From IMG/VR virus record IMGVR_UViG_2778261458_000009, positions 1 to 19,974 of that record: a stretch of DNA of 19,974 nt. One strand, given 5' to 3'. Of this stretch, positions 1 through 7,250 are shown piece by piece. The DNA is from a virus (Duplodnaviria; Heunggongvirae; Uroviricota; Caudoviricetes). The notes beneath the pieces are model-generated. The model had not been told where the DNA came from, ran no database searches, and worked only from the letters and a program-made list of their open reading frames with translations. The position numbers and the translations under genes were made by a program. How positions within the stretch are numbered: the stretch's first letter is position 1; the number at the start of each line of letters is the position of its first letter.

Positions 1-408
1 TTAAACCGGAAAATTTTCATAAATAGCGAAAACCCGCGCGCCTTCCGCCCCGTAACGTTCTGGATTGCCGGAAAGGACCCGCCAGCCATTCGGGTTTACT
101 TCACAATGGGATTTAATATCTGAACGACCAAAGTTGTGCGACCACGGTCGCACGCTCCTGAATGCATGCCCTGTTTCTTCCACCATCGCACAGGGCTGGC
201 GAGCATGAGAGACAAACCCGCGAACCATAACCGCGCTGATGACAGGACTGGCCAGGCTTGTATTGCTTCCAGCCTTCGCTTTTGTGGCTTTTGCAATAGC
301 CTGACGGATCTGTGGTGGTATTGCGGTAGCCGCGAACACGGCAGGTTTTTGGGGTTCGTGGGGGCATATGTACTCCAATGAAGAAGCCACCAACATAGCC
401 TCCTCCAT
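1..408 (-). CDS. Hypothetical protein (135 aa)
   Basis: ORF ends exactly at window position 1 (TAA). A possible alternative start at Met5 is preceded by GGAGGAGG. Overlapped by three shadow ORFs in a GC-rich stretch, so the frame choice is uncertain. No family recognised. Confidence 0.4.
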   Translation of the reverse strand: MEEAMLVASSLEYICPHEPQKPAVFAATAIPPQIRQAIAKATKAKAGSNTSLASPVISAVMVRGFVSHARQPCAMVEETGHAFRSVRPWSHNFGRSDIKSHCEVNPNGWRVLSGNPERYGAEGARVFAIYENFPV

Positions 409-486
409 TCATCGTGAAACTATTTTCATCTACCCAGTAATGAATTCTTTGAAGAGTTGTGATCAATACAACTCGCTAATGGAGAG

Positions 487-524
487 GCTTGTCTCACACG
501 TGAGACAAGCTTCCTGTTTGATTT
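487..524 (+). terminator. Hairpin (10-bp perfect stem GCTTGTCTCA / TGAGACAAGC, loop CACG) followed by T-rich tract TTCCTGTTTGATTT
   Basis: Inverted repeat read directly at 487-510; the T-rich run follows on the plus strand only. Could instead be a protein-binding palindrome. Confidence 0.3.
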
Positions 525-589
525 ACTGGACACTATAGAAGGACAGAATGCCTTCCTCACTCGAATAACATCAATTAAGGAGGTTCAAC

Positions 590-712
590 ATGTTTCATTC
601 CACAAGTCATCAGGCTGTAATTATGGCAGCATCAGTTTGTGCCACAGACCTTTTCCGCTTCACTTTGAGCTTGATTCATTTCTACCTGACCGGCTCGCCT
701 CTATCTTTCTAA
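590..712 (+). CDS. Small ORF (40 aa, hydrophobic: MFHSTSHQAVIMAASVCATDLFRFTLSLIHFYLTGSPLSF) with near-consensus RBS
   Basis: TAAGGAGGT at 575-583, 6 nt before the ATG at 590; stop TAA at 710-712. Below the ORF-track size cutoff. No homology recognised. Confidence 0.3.
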   Translation: MFHSTSHQAVIMAASVCATDLFRFTLSLIHFYLTGSPLSF

Positions 713-989
713 TCCCCGATTTATCCAAATTTCACTGCCATAATGCCGACATTCTCTGCCATTGTTGGCTCCATTTATCCGTTAAAAGGGATATTAGTTA
801 AGTTATCCCGTGTAGGGCATAAGCCATTGTCGAGACCATTCATTGAATGGCCTCTGCAATAACCGATGCCTTTCCATCAGTCCGCCACCACAAAGAATCT
901 TTTTTGCCATAAGGCAGGAGGTTCATCTTTCAGTGGCTGCCAGTGTTATTTCCCCACTTACTGGCTTGGGTTGCTTCGCGGTGCTGCCG

Positions 990-1532
990 TTAATTAGTGA
1001 GTCCAGGGATTACGGTTTGCCCGTGCTGTTCAAGGCGTTCAATTCTCGCCAGTAGCTGAGGCTTCTTAATTTTTCCCCAGCGATTAAGCAGGCGACCTGA
1101 CATGCTGGCAACATCCTTCTCTTTCATGTACTCCAGCATTACGGCATTTCTCTCTTCTTCAAATTGACGATGACCAACCTGAAGCATGGCGTACATCCAG
1201 TTAAATGCGTTGATGTAAGCAATTTTGATACGCATTGCTTCTTTTTTGGTGTAGGACATAACCAAAAGCATCAACCCATCCTTGCGGAGACGGTAGAATT
1301 TTTGCGGCTTACCATTCTGTAACTTATTGTTTTTATAGCAAAGCTCAAAGTTGAGCTTTGTATCAAACTCAGGAGGGTAAGCTTCTATGGTTCGTTCAAT
1401 GTCACGAACTACGTTCTTCGGCAGCTTTCCAAATGCTTTTGCCACCATAAAAGAATCTGTAACCGGATCGTTGTTTGCCACAAAAATCAGATCTCGGAAA
1501 TCGATGCCGTTAACGATAGTTGGATAATTCAT
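990..1532 (-). CDS. Rha-family phage regulatory protein (180 aa)
   Basis: Segment ...FGKLPKNVVRDIERT...YRLRKDGLMLLVMSYTKKEAMRIKIAYINAFNWM... matches the Rha (Phage_pRha) signature recalled from memory. RBS AGGTG upstream of the ATG. Confidence 0.7.
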   Translation of the reverse strand: MNYPTIVNGIDFRDLIFVANNDPVTDSFMVAKAFGKLPKNVVRDIERTIEAYPPEFDTKLNFELCYKNNKLQNGKPQKFYRLRKDGLMLLVMSYTKKEAMRIKIAYINAFNWMYAMLQVGHRQFEEERNAVMLEYMKEKDVASMSGRLLNRWGKIKKPQLLARIERLEQHGQTVIPGLTN

Positions 1533-1677
1533 CAGTGCTCACCTTTTAGTGATGAACCTTGTCACACAGGATTCCGGCCCACAGAAAGGCACCGATCACC
1601 AAACCGGCATCCTCAAGGGTCATCCTGAAAGGTTCTGTGTTCATAAGTCGCGCGTGTGAAGCGCGTTTACTGCGGAC

Positions 1678-1702
1678 ATAAAAAAGCCCCGCATCGCGAG
1701 GC
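1678..1702 (-). terminator. Rho-independent terminator downstream of Rz/Rz1
   Basis: On the minus-strand RNA: stem GCCUCGC, loop GAU, stem GCGGGGC (7 bp, one G-U pair), followed by UUUUUU. Lies 33 nt after the Rz stop. Confidence 0.55.
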
Positions 1703-1734
1703 TCATTAAATTGACTTTGTAATTTGCAAAAAAA

Positions 1735-2172
1735 TTATTTCAGGCATTGCGTCCTGATGTACTCCTGCAGGTAGTTAACCTGCGCGGTTATCCTGTCGAT
1801 TCCACTTCTGAGACGGTAATAATTGAGTTCAGCATCTGCTGTAAGTCTTGGGCTTTCTCCATCGCCCATGCTGCTGGCTCCGGTCGTTGACTTTGCACAG
1901 GTGGCGGAGACTTGCAGGCGCTTACGACCAGCAGAAACATCAGCACGGAGACTTTCGATAGTCGCGTTAGCATCAGCAAGCTCCTTTGTGTATCTGGCGT
2001 CGAGTTCTGCTACATCACGTTGACGCTTCTGCATGTCAGCGATGATGTACGTGGCTTTATCGCGCTGTTCTTTATAGGTAATGGCGTTACCACGGTAATG
2101 ATTAACAGCCCATGACAGACAGACGATGATGCAGATAACCAGAGCGGAGATAATCGCGGTGACTCTGCTCAT
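1735..2172 (-). CDS. Rz: Rz i-spanin (145 aa)
   Basis: N-terminus [27 protein letters not shown] matches lambda Rz as recalled. ATGA overlap with the endolysin stop. Rz1 embedded in the +1 frame. Confidence 0.9.
   Translation of the reverse strand: MSRVTAIISALVICIIVCLSWAVNHYRGNAITYKEQRDKATYIIADMQKRQRDVAELDARYTKELADANATIESLRADVSAGRKRLQVSATCAKSTTGASSMGDGESPRLTADAELNYYRLRSGIDRITAQVNYLQEYIRTQCLK
1788..1979 (-). CDS. Rz1: Rz1 o-spanin lipoprotein, embedded within Rz (63 aa; true start may be a downstream Met)
   Basis: Entirely embedded in Rz in another frame. Lipobox-like LLVVSAC followed by a proline-rich stretch [11 protein letters not shown], as in lambda Rz1. Confidence 0.75.
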   Translation of the reverse strand: MLMLTRLSKVSVLMFLLVVSACKSPPPVQSQRPEPAAWAMEKAQDLQQMLNSIITVSEVESTG

Positions 2173-2645
2173 ACCTCAATCTCTCTGACCGTTCCGCCTG
2201 CTTCTTTGAATTTTGCAATCAGGCTGTCAGCCTTATGCTCGAACTGGCCATAACCAGCACCCGGCAGTGAAGCCCAGATATTGCTGCAACGGTCGATAGC
2301 CTGACGAATATCGCCGCGGTCAATCATCGGCAAAGCGCCACGCTCTTTAATCTGCTGCAATGCCACAGCGTCCTGACTTTTGGGAGAGAAGTCTTTCAGG
2401 CCAAGCTGCTTACGGTAAGCATCCCACCAACGGGAAAGAAGCTGGTAACGTCCGGCTGCTGTTGATTTGAGTTTGGGGTTTAGCGTGACAAGTTTGCGAG
2501 GGTGATCGGAGTAATCAGTGAACAGTTCGCCACCAACAATAACGTCATAACCGTGGTTACGTGTCGGTTGTCGCCCGTTATCCGTTCCTTCTGACCATGC
2601 CACCATATCAAGGAAAGCTTTACGCTGGGAATTTAGAGCCTGCAT
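2169..2645 (-). CDS. R: Endolysin, lambda R-type lytic transglycosylase (158 aa)
   Basis: Near-identical over its length to lambda R as recalled (…[47 protein letters not shown]…). Position between holin and Rz. Confidence 0.95.
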   Translation of the reverse strand: MQALNSQRKAFLDMVAWSEGTDNGRQPTRNHGYDVIVGGELFTDYSDHPRKLVTLNPKLKSTAAGRYQLLSRWWDAYRKQLGLKDFSPKSQDAVALQQIKERGALPMIDRGDIRQAIDRCSNIWASLPGAGYGQFEHKADSLIAKFKEAGGTVREIEV

Positions 2646-2648
2646 AAA

Positions 2649-2984
2649 TTACTCCTTCGAGCTACCAAATTTATTACCGATTACTCGCATTGCAGCCCCA
2701 CGAATAGCATCGACACCGATCAGCCCAACGCCACCACCAATGGCAACAGAAAGCGATTTAGGCCATCCGACATACTCAAGCGCGGATGCAAAAGTCAGCG
2801 TCAGAGCACCACAGAGCAAAATCTCGAGCGTTTTTCGCTTCCAGCCACCACCACCACCAAAATAAGCAATACGCAAACCAGCCATAACGATCGACATAAT
2901 CACTGCGCCAAGAGGCGTATCTCCACGCCACCAGCTCTGGAAAATCTCCAGCCAATCCGGCCATGTGTTTGGATTATGGGGCAT
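2649..2984 (-). CDS. Holin (111 aa, multi-TMD, not lambda S-like)
   Basis: Immediately upstream of the endolysin. Several hydrophobic segments and a charged C-terminus. Position-based call. Confidence 0.7.
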   Translation of the reverse strand: MPHNPNTWPDWLEIFQSWWRGDTPLGAVIMSIVMAGLRIAYFGGGGGWKRKTLEILLCGALTLTFASALEYVGWPKSLSVAIGGGVGLIGVDAIRGAAMRVIGNKFGSSKE

Positions 2985-3064
2985 GAATATCGTCTCTCAC
3001 CTCGTAAGTTATGCAGGCGACATATAAAAAGTTAAATAAAATAGTTGAATCAGATTGAGACATG

Positions 3065-3095
3065 GAAAAGGCTCGCCTGTGCGAGCCTTTTATTT
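3065..3095. terminator. GC-rich hairpin terminator (stem GGCTCGC / GCGAGCC, loop CTGT) flanked by A-run and T-run
   Basis: Perfect 7-bp stem at 3070-3087, TTTTATTT on the plus side and AAAAG on the other. About 70-100 nt downstream of the 429-aa cargo gene stop. Confidence 0.45.
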
Positions 3096-3128
3096 AGGTA
3101 GAGTGTTATAATAAAATCAAATTTACAT

Positions 3129-3153
3129 TATCTTCTTCCAAAAAGAAGATAAT
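3129..3153 (-). terminator. AT-rich hairpin (10-bp stem TTATCTTCTT / AAGAAGATAA, loop CCAAA) directly after the cargo operon stop
   Basis: Perfect inverted repeat read directly. On the minus-strand RNA it is followed by U-rich sequence. Confidence 0.3.
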
Positions 3154-3164
3154 CATCATATCCT

Positions 3165-4454
3165 TCAGAGCTCCTGATAAGCAGGTTGCAATTTTTCACA
3201 CCACTGCCTTAAAGTAGAAGCCCTTCTCTTTATTGTTTTGGAGCTGAGAGATATACATCTATCTTGCAAAAATCGTTCAGCTGTAAGTGGATCGAGCTCA
3301 GAAAGATTTTTAGCTTGACTCCAGGTAATCCACGCCCACCCGCAATGACTTGTTTCAAAACCGCGTGCAGCGATTCTTAGTCTCTTATCATAGTCAGATT
3401 CAACCAATTGCTGACCAAGAGCTGAAACAGAACCATTACTATTTAGTAACCCAAGTATTTTGGCCGCATGAATATAATACAATATATGTCGATTATCCAG
3501 ACCAGTACTAATCAGGTTCAGATGCTTCTCTTGCCATTTTAATTCAACTATCTTAAACACTTGTTCAATTAGGTTAGCCTGCGGTACCTGATAACTACTA
3601 ACAACTTGAGTAGCCATTTTAATCAATGTGCCAGAATAGAACTCAGCATCAGTTTTTCTGACTCTAAGAATAATATCATCAGTCACATTACTTTTTAGTT
3701 CAAAACATGAACTTGTCTCTATCACACTTTCAAATAAAGCAGATAACATCTGAGCATCGATATTATTCTGCTTAACAAAACCAATAATATCTTTTCTTGA
3801 TAGAATCAGATCATTTAGTTTTTTCAGCAATGGTTCAATTTGCTGCATTTTATCTGCCTTGAATGAAAGAACAAATGAACCAGGACGTCCAGATACTGGA
3901 CTCATTACATCTTTTTCATCAAATGCAGCTAATATTGATGAATAGAAATCATTAAAACACTCAAAAAGCTTCGAGACGCCTTTTAAAACCAAGGGTTCCA
4001 CAGAAGTTGCTGTTTTCTCCACATGAATCTCATGCGTAGAGAATTCTACCTCCTTTCCAATTTTACCATTAGGTAATACAGGAAGAACACTACTAATATA
4101 TAAGTTAGGTTCTGGAATTTTTATCTTCTCATTTAACTCAGAAACATTTATTTTTATTTCATCAACATGATTATCTTCATAGTAAATATTAAACTGATAG
4201 CAAAGCTTTTGTTCTTGATAAACTAAAACACTTCTAATATCAATTCTTTTACGCTCGAAGTGCTCCAACCTATCTTTTGAAATCGGTATGATAATCCATT
4301 TATCATAATCTTCTTCGTCGCCAATCCAATAGACAACAAACATGCTATTTATTTCATTAGACACAGAGAAAAGTTTTGGCTCTTCGAAGAACTCATAAAT
4401 TTTTTGCATATATAATGTGCCGAACACACTATCTTCCAAAAAAATATTGCTCAT
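3165..4454 (-). CDS. Hypothetical protein, cargo gene B (429 aa), no recognised domain
   Basis: ATG at 4452-4454 preceded by AAGAGAGGTGG. ATGA overlap with the upstream gene stop. AT-rich (roughly 30-35% GC by eye). Confidence 0.8.
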   Translation of the reverse strand: MSNIFLEDSVFGTLYMQKIYEFFEEPKLFSVSNEINSMFVVYWIGDEEDYDKWIIIPISKDRLEHFERKRIDIRSVLVYQEQKLCYQFNIYYEDNHVDEIKINVSELNEKIKIPEPNLYISSVLPVLPNGKIGKEVEFSTHEIHVEKTATSVEPLVLKGVSKLFECFNDFYSSILAAFDEKDVMSPVSGRPGSFVLSFKADKMQQIEPLLKKLNDLILSRKDIIGFVKQNNIDAQMLSALFESVIETSSCFELKSNVTDDIILRVRKTDAEFYSGTLIKMATQVVSSYQVPQANLIEQVFKIVELKWQEKHLNLISTGLDNRHILYYIHAAKILGLLNSNGSVSALGQQLVESDYDKRLRIAARGFETSHCGWAWITWSQAKNLSELDPLTAERFLQDRCISLSSKTIKRRASTLRQWCEKLQPAYQEL

Positions 4455-4891
4455 CTAACCACCTCTCTTATACAGGTGAATTTTTCATGAACTCGAGCAT
4501 CTTTACAAAGCCAAATGGTAAAATGAGTCGAATCAGGAGCTCCTGTTTTTAGCATTCTTCCATCCTGTGGATTCAACTCGCCTTTAGCAATAAACCTTTC
4601 ACCTATTCCTTCAGGAAATTTATTAAATACATTTACCAGTGATGTTTCGTCCATGAACATAGAAACACCATAGCAGCATTTCAATTGTAACCCTTGGAAC
4701 TTTTTCATTCTTTTTGGGTTTTCTTCTTTCATGTTTAAAAAACAAGCTTTCCCAGGTGGATTATTTCTGGCTAAGCGATAAAAAACCCCTTCAGCATCCA
4801 AGGACTCTTTTGGAGGAACATCTGCAGGAAAATAATCGGGAAAAATCTGTTGGGCAGAGTCTTCAAGAACCTGCTGTGCATTTTTAGTCAT
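4451..4891 (-). CDS. Hypothetical protein, cargo gene A (146 aa from the ATG at 4889-4891; the ORF track extends to a TTG at 4918)
   Basis: Translationally coupled to gene B (ATGA overlap). AT-rich. Start codon uncertain because no strong RBS precedes either candidate. Confidence 0.65.
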   Translation of the reverse strand: MTKNAQQVLEDSAQQIFPDYFPADVPPKESLDAEGVFYRLARNNPPGKACFLNMKEENPKRMKKFQGLQLKCCYGVSMFMDETSLVNVFNKFPEGIGERFIAKGELNPQDGRMLKTGAPDSTHFTIWLCKDARVHEKFTCIREVVR

Positions 4892-4918
4892 ACAATACGC
4901 TACCCAAGTAATTAACAA

Positions 4919-5486
4919 AAATCTGCCAATTTATTGGATATACACGTCCCAAATCCCTTGGCATCGTATTGAATATAACAACAAGCACATTAATCACATA
5001 TGCAATAAAGGCATAAAAAACACAACATATATAGCAAAAAGAAATCAAAAACAATATACGGGATGATGCGGATTTTTTTTATCTATATATAGTGGCTGGG
5101 CATAAGAATTGTTATAAAGTTGGCGTCCCTTGCTCCCATGTAATCATATGAAACACAGGATATAATTCCTGAAGGTAATCACATACTTCCCTAGATACAT
5201 AGATGAGAGACTAAAATAAAACCTACCGCCAAGAACTATGCCTTTTTCAACCAATCGTACTCTCTGCCCTGTCTAAAAGGCGGCCATTCAAAGCAAGTAC
5301 TTTTTTATGTTTATCAAGAAGCTACTAAGACTATTCAGAACTGATATTTGGATAACAAAATACCAACTTGATGGCGGGTTCTTGAAGATTCTCAACGGCA
5401 GACATACAAAGCCCATCGTTGAGAAAATCTTATCCATATTTTTTGAAAAATGCAAGCTTCATGTCGCTATCTTCGGCGAAAATCAC
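4919..5486 (-). promoter_or_regulatory. AT-rich intergenic region; expected location of the Q-dependent late promoter/qut site and of a promoter for the cargo operon
   Basis: 568 bp with no convincing ORF between the Q stop (5487) and the cargo gene start. Promoter elements not confidently placed. Confidence 0.3.
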
Positions 5487-6239
5487 TTATCTCGTCACCT
5501 TTCTCAATTGTGTTTCAGCATATGCTTCTTCCTGCCAGCACTTTGTTACTAGTTTATCAATTACGTCTGCATATCCTTTGTACCACTGATAATCAGTCAG
5601 GTCTGGAACCAGCTTCTGGACATGACGTCGTGCCAGTGTAGTCGGTAAACGGCTAAACCGGTTTCCATTGCAACGCCCACAAGTCTTATAAACAGGCGTG
5701 CCATGAAGCCGGGTTCTTTTTTCATCCAGGACAATACCTTTCCCCTTACACCCTCTGCACGCCGTGCTGACTTCTCCCTTGCCATGACAATGCTGACACA
5801 GTTCCTTCACCCACTCTTCTTTGATAACGGATTCCCCGCTTCTGGAATATTTCACCACTTCGCGCAATACATTATGAAATCCAGTACCAGCACAATGCTC
5901 ACAGCGAGCCTTACTTGCCGCAGACCTGGAATAATCAGCAAAGGCAAAATTCACAAGGTAAGGGATGATCTGTAACCGGGTTTCTTCACTCAATTTGTTC
6001 AATGTCTGGTTATCCAGTGCCATCGCGTAATTGAGCAGGCCTTCAATCGCAAACTGAGGATCCTGAACTCCAACTTTTGCCAGGAATAAGGCAAACCCAA
6101 GCGGTGCTTTCGACTGCACCATCCCCTGCGCAGCCATTACATCCGTAATTGTTAAACCACCCGAGCCTGTCGCCGGTGCGTCATCGCTCAATTTTGGAGA
6201 TTTTGGGGAGTAATATTTCGGTAAGGCTTCAAGGTTCAT
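5487..6239 (-). CDS. Late-gene antitermination protein Q-like (250 aa) with four CxxCxGxG zinc-finger repeats
   Basis: Position immediately upstream of the lysis module. Repeats CEHCAGTG, CQHCHGKG, CRGCKGKG, CGRCNGNR. Size and architecture recalled as similar to Qin-prophage Q homologs. RBS GGAG 8 nt upstream. Confidence 0.6.
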   Translation of the reverse strand: MNLEALPKYYSPKSPKLSDDAPATGSGGLTITDVMAAQGMVQSKAPLGFALFLAKVGVQDPQFAIEGLLNYAMALDNQTLNKLSEETRLQIIPYLVNFAFADYSRSAASKARCEHCAGTGFHNVLREVVKYSRSGESVIKEEWVKELCQHCHGKGEVSTACRGCKGKGIVLDEKRTRLHGTPVYKTCGRCNGNRFSRLPTTLARRHVQKLVPDLTDYQWYKGYADVIDKLVTKCWQEEAYAETQLRKVTR

Positions 6240-6252
6240 GCTCGTTCTCCAC

Positions 6253-6513
6253 TTACGCCAGTACGCCTATTGCCAGCGCACGATCGATAAAACGAAATAT
6301 CAGCTCCAGCTGGGAGCCATACTTCTCTTCAAATGCCACGGTATCCGCATGCAGCTCGTCGTGATGCTTTCTGCACAAAGGCAACACAAAGAGATCATGC
6401 GCTTTTGTCCCCATTCCACCCTGACCATGGCCTATCAGGTGGTGGGGATCATCAGCAGGCTTTCCACAACATGCACACGGCTGTGTCTTAACCCAGCGCG
6501 TGGTACTTTTCAT
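6253..6513 (-). CDS. Cys/His-rich zinc-binding protein (86 aa), probably the C-terminal part of a split DUF968-like prophage gene
   Basis: CACCGK…HH…PLCRKHHDELH motif. Overlaps the upstream ORF by 26 nt in another frame. Weak RBS. Confidence 0.55.
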   Translation of the reverse strand: MKSTTRWVKTQPCACCGKPADDPHHLIGHGQGGMGTKAHDLFVLPLCRKHHDELHADTVAFEEKYGSQLELIFRFIDRALAIGVLA

Positions 6514-7249
6514 TAACCCAGCGGCGACGTTTTGGGCGTAACATAAAAGACTCCGGCGACTCCGGCTCCACTTTCAGCGCCAGCACCTTTTTCGCCTTAT
6601 CCTGGATGATGCTGGTGGCAGGAACCGAAGGCACAAGGTCACTTTCCCGGGTGACAGACGGCACAACAGGCTTCGGTAATCTCAGTGCCTTACGGGCTGC
6701 ACTTTCCGGTAAGGCATCCGCCAGATCATTACGAATCAGCCACCAGCACAGTTCCGGCATTGTCACAACGTGACTGTCATCAAAACCGAGATCCCGACGC
6801 ACGACAGATAACACCCACCGGGCACAGTTATCCGTTGCCATTGATTCCAGCCGTTCCGTGAACTGATCGCGCAGCTGGTTATCGCAGTGCCAGCACAGAC
6901 GGATTGCGCCCGGCGCGTGTCGCATTGTGGTCATGTTCTCGCTGTGCCAGTCGGAATGAGGCCACTGGCAGCCTTTTTCACGAAGTAACCAGCTTTCAAG
7001 ACATTCCACCCCACCAGCACGACGGATCACTGTCTCATTGCGGAACACGGCCCGAACGGCAGGATCATCCGCCAGCGGTTGTGATGCCGCCGGAACGGCA
7101 CCACTGGCAAAAGATGAATAACGTTCCGGCTCAGGCTCCAGCAGGACACGCCCCTGCATAAACAGGGGCATCAGCTCTGAACCTGGTCTGAACAATACGA
7201 TCCCCATACGTGGGGCAATTTCAGGGGTCAGTAGTGCTCTCACGGTCAC
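6488..7249 (-). CDS. Hypothetical protein (253 aa), probably the N-terminal part of the split DUF968-like gene
   Basis: Long ORF tightly following the KilA-N gene (1-nt gap). Ends within an 11-bp direct repeat. Confidence 0.55.
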   Translation of the reverse strand: MTVRALLTPEIAPRMGIVLFRPGSELMPLFMQGRVLLEPEPERYSSFASGAVPAASQPLADDPAVRAVFRNETVIRRAGGVECLESWLLREKGCQWPHSDWHSENMTTMRHAPGAIRLCWHCDNQLRDQFTERLESMATDNCARWVLSVVRRDLGFDDSHVVTMPELCWWLIRNDLADALPESAARKALRLPKPVVPSVTRESDLVPSVPATSIIQDKAKKVLALKVEPESPESFMLRPKRRRWVNEKYHALG

Positions 7250-7250
7250 C

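Noticed and set aside
96-466. ORFs 96..296(-), 113..466(-) and 136..381(+) overlapping the 1..408 ORF
   Set aside because: Mutually overlapping ORFs in a GC-rich stretch. No RBS, and only one frame can be the gene; 1..408 was kept because it ends at the window edge. The 113..466 frame (possible ATG at 410-412) cannot be fully excluded.
796-805. 10-mer AGTTAAGTTA shared with the OL-type operator at 13300-13309
   Set aside because: It is a tandem AGTTA pentamer; such low-complexity matches are plausible by chance in AT-rich DNA, and no second CTAAG half-site accompanies it.
843-1055. ORF 843..1055(+), 70 aa
   Set aside because: No RBS, overlaps the Rha gene antisense, low-complexity translation.
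1546-1644. 32-aa minus-strand ORF (MNTEPFRMTLEDAGLVIGAFLWAGILCDKVHH) between the terminator and the Rha gene
   Set aside because: No recognisable Shine-Dalgarno and very short. The hydrophobic tail is suggestive but insufficient.
1823-2115. Plus-strand ORFs antisense to Rz
   Set aside because: Antisense shadow ORFs inside a well-supported gene.
2776-2964. ORF embedded in the holin gene
   Set aside because: Alternative frame inside the holin, Trp-rich implausible product.
3165-4918. Possibility that the cargo operon is stxAB or another known AB toxin
   Set aside because: Sizes and order (about 146 aa then 429 aa) do not fit StxA (about 315 aa) followed by StxB (about 89 aa), and there are no signal-peptide-like N-termini.
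5307-5975. Plus-strand ORFs 5307..5552, 5450..5641, 5703..5975 and minus ORF 5597..5785
   Set aside because: They overlap the Q gene antisense or out of frame and lack an RBS; the 5307 ORF would run 66 nt into Q.
6149-7161. Plus-strand ORFs 6149..6364, 6238..6516, 6904..7161
   Set aside because: Antisense to tightly packed minus-strand operon genes.
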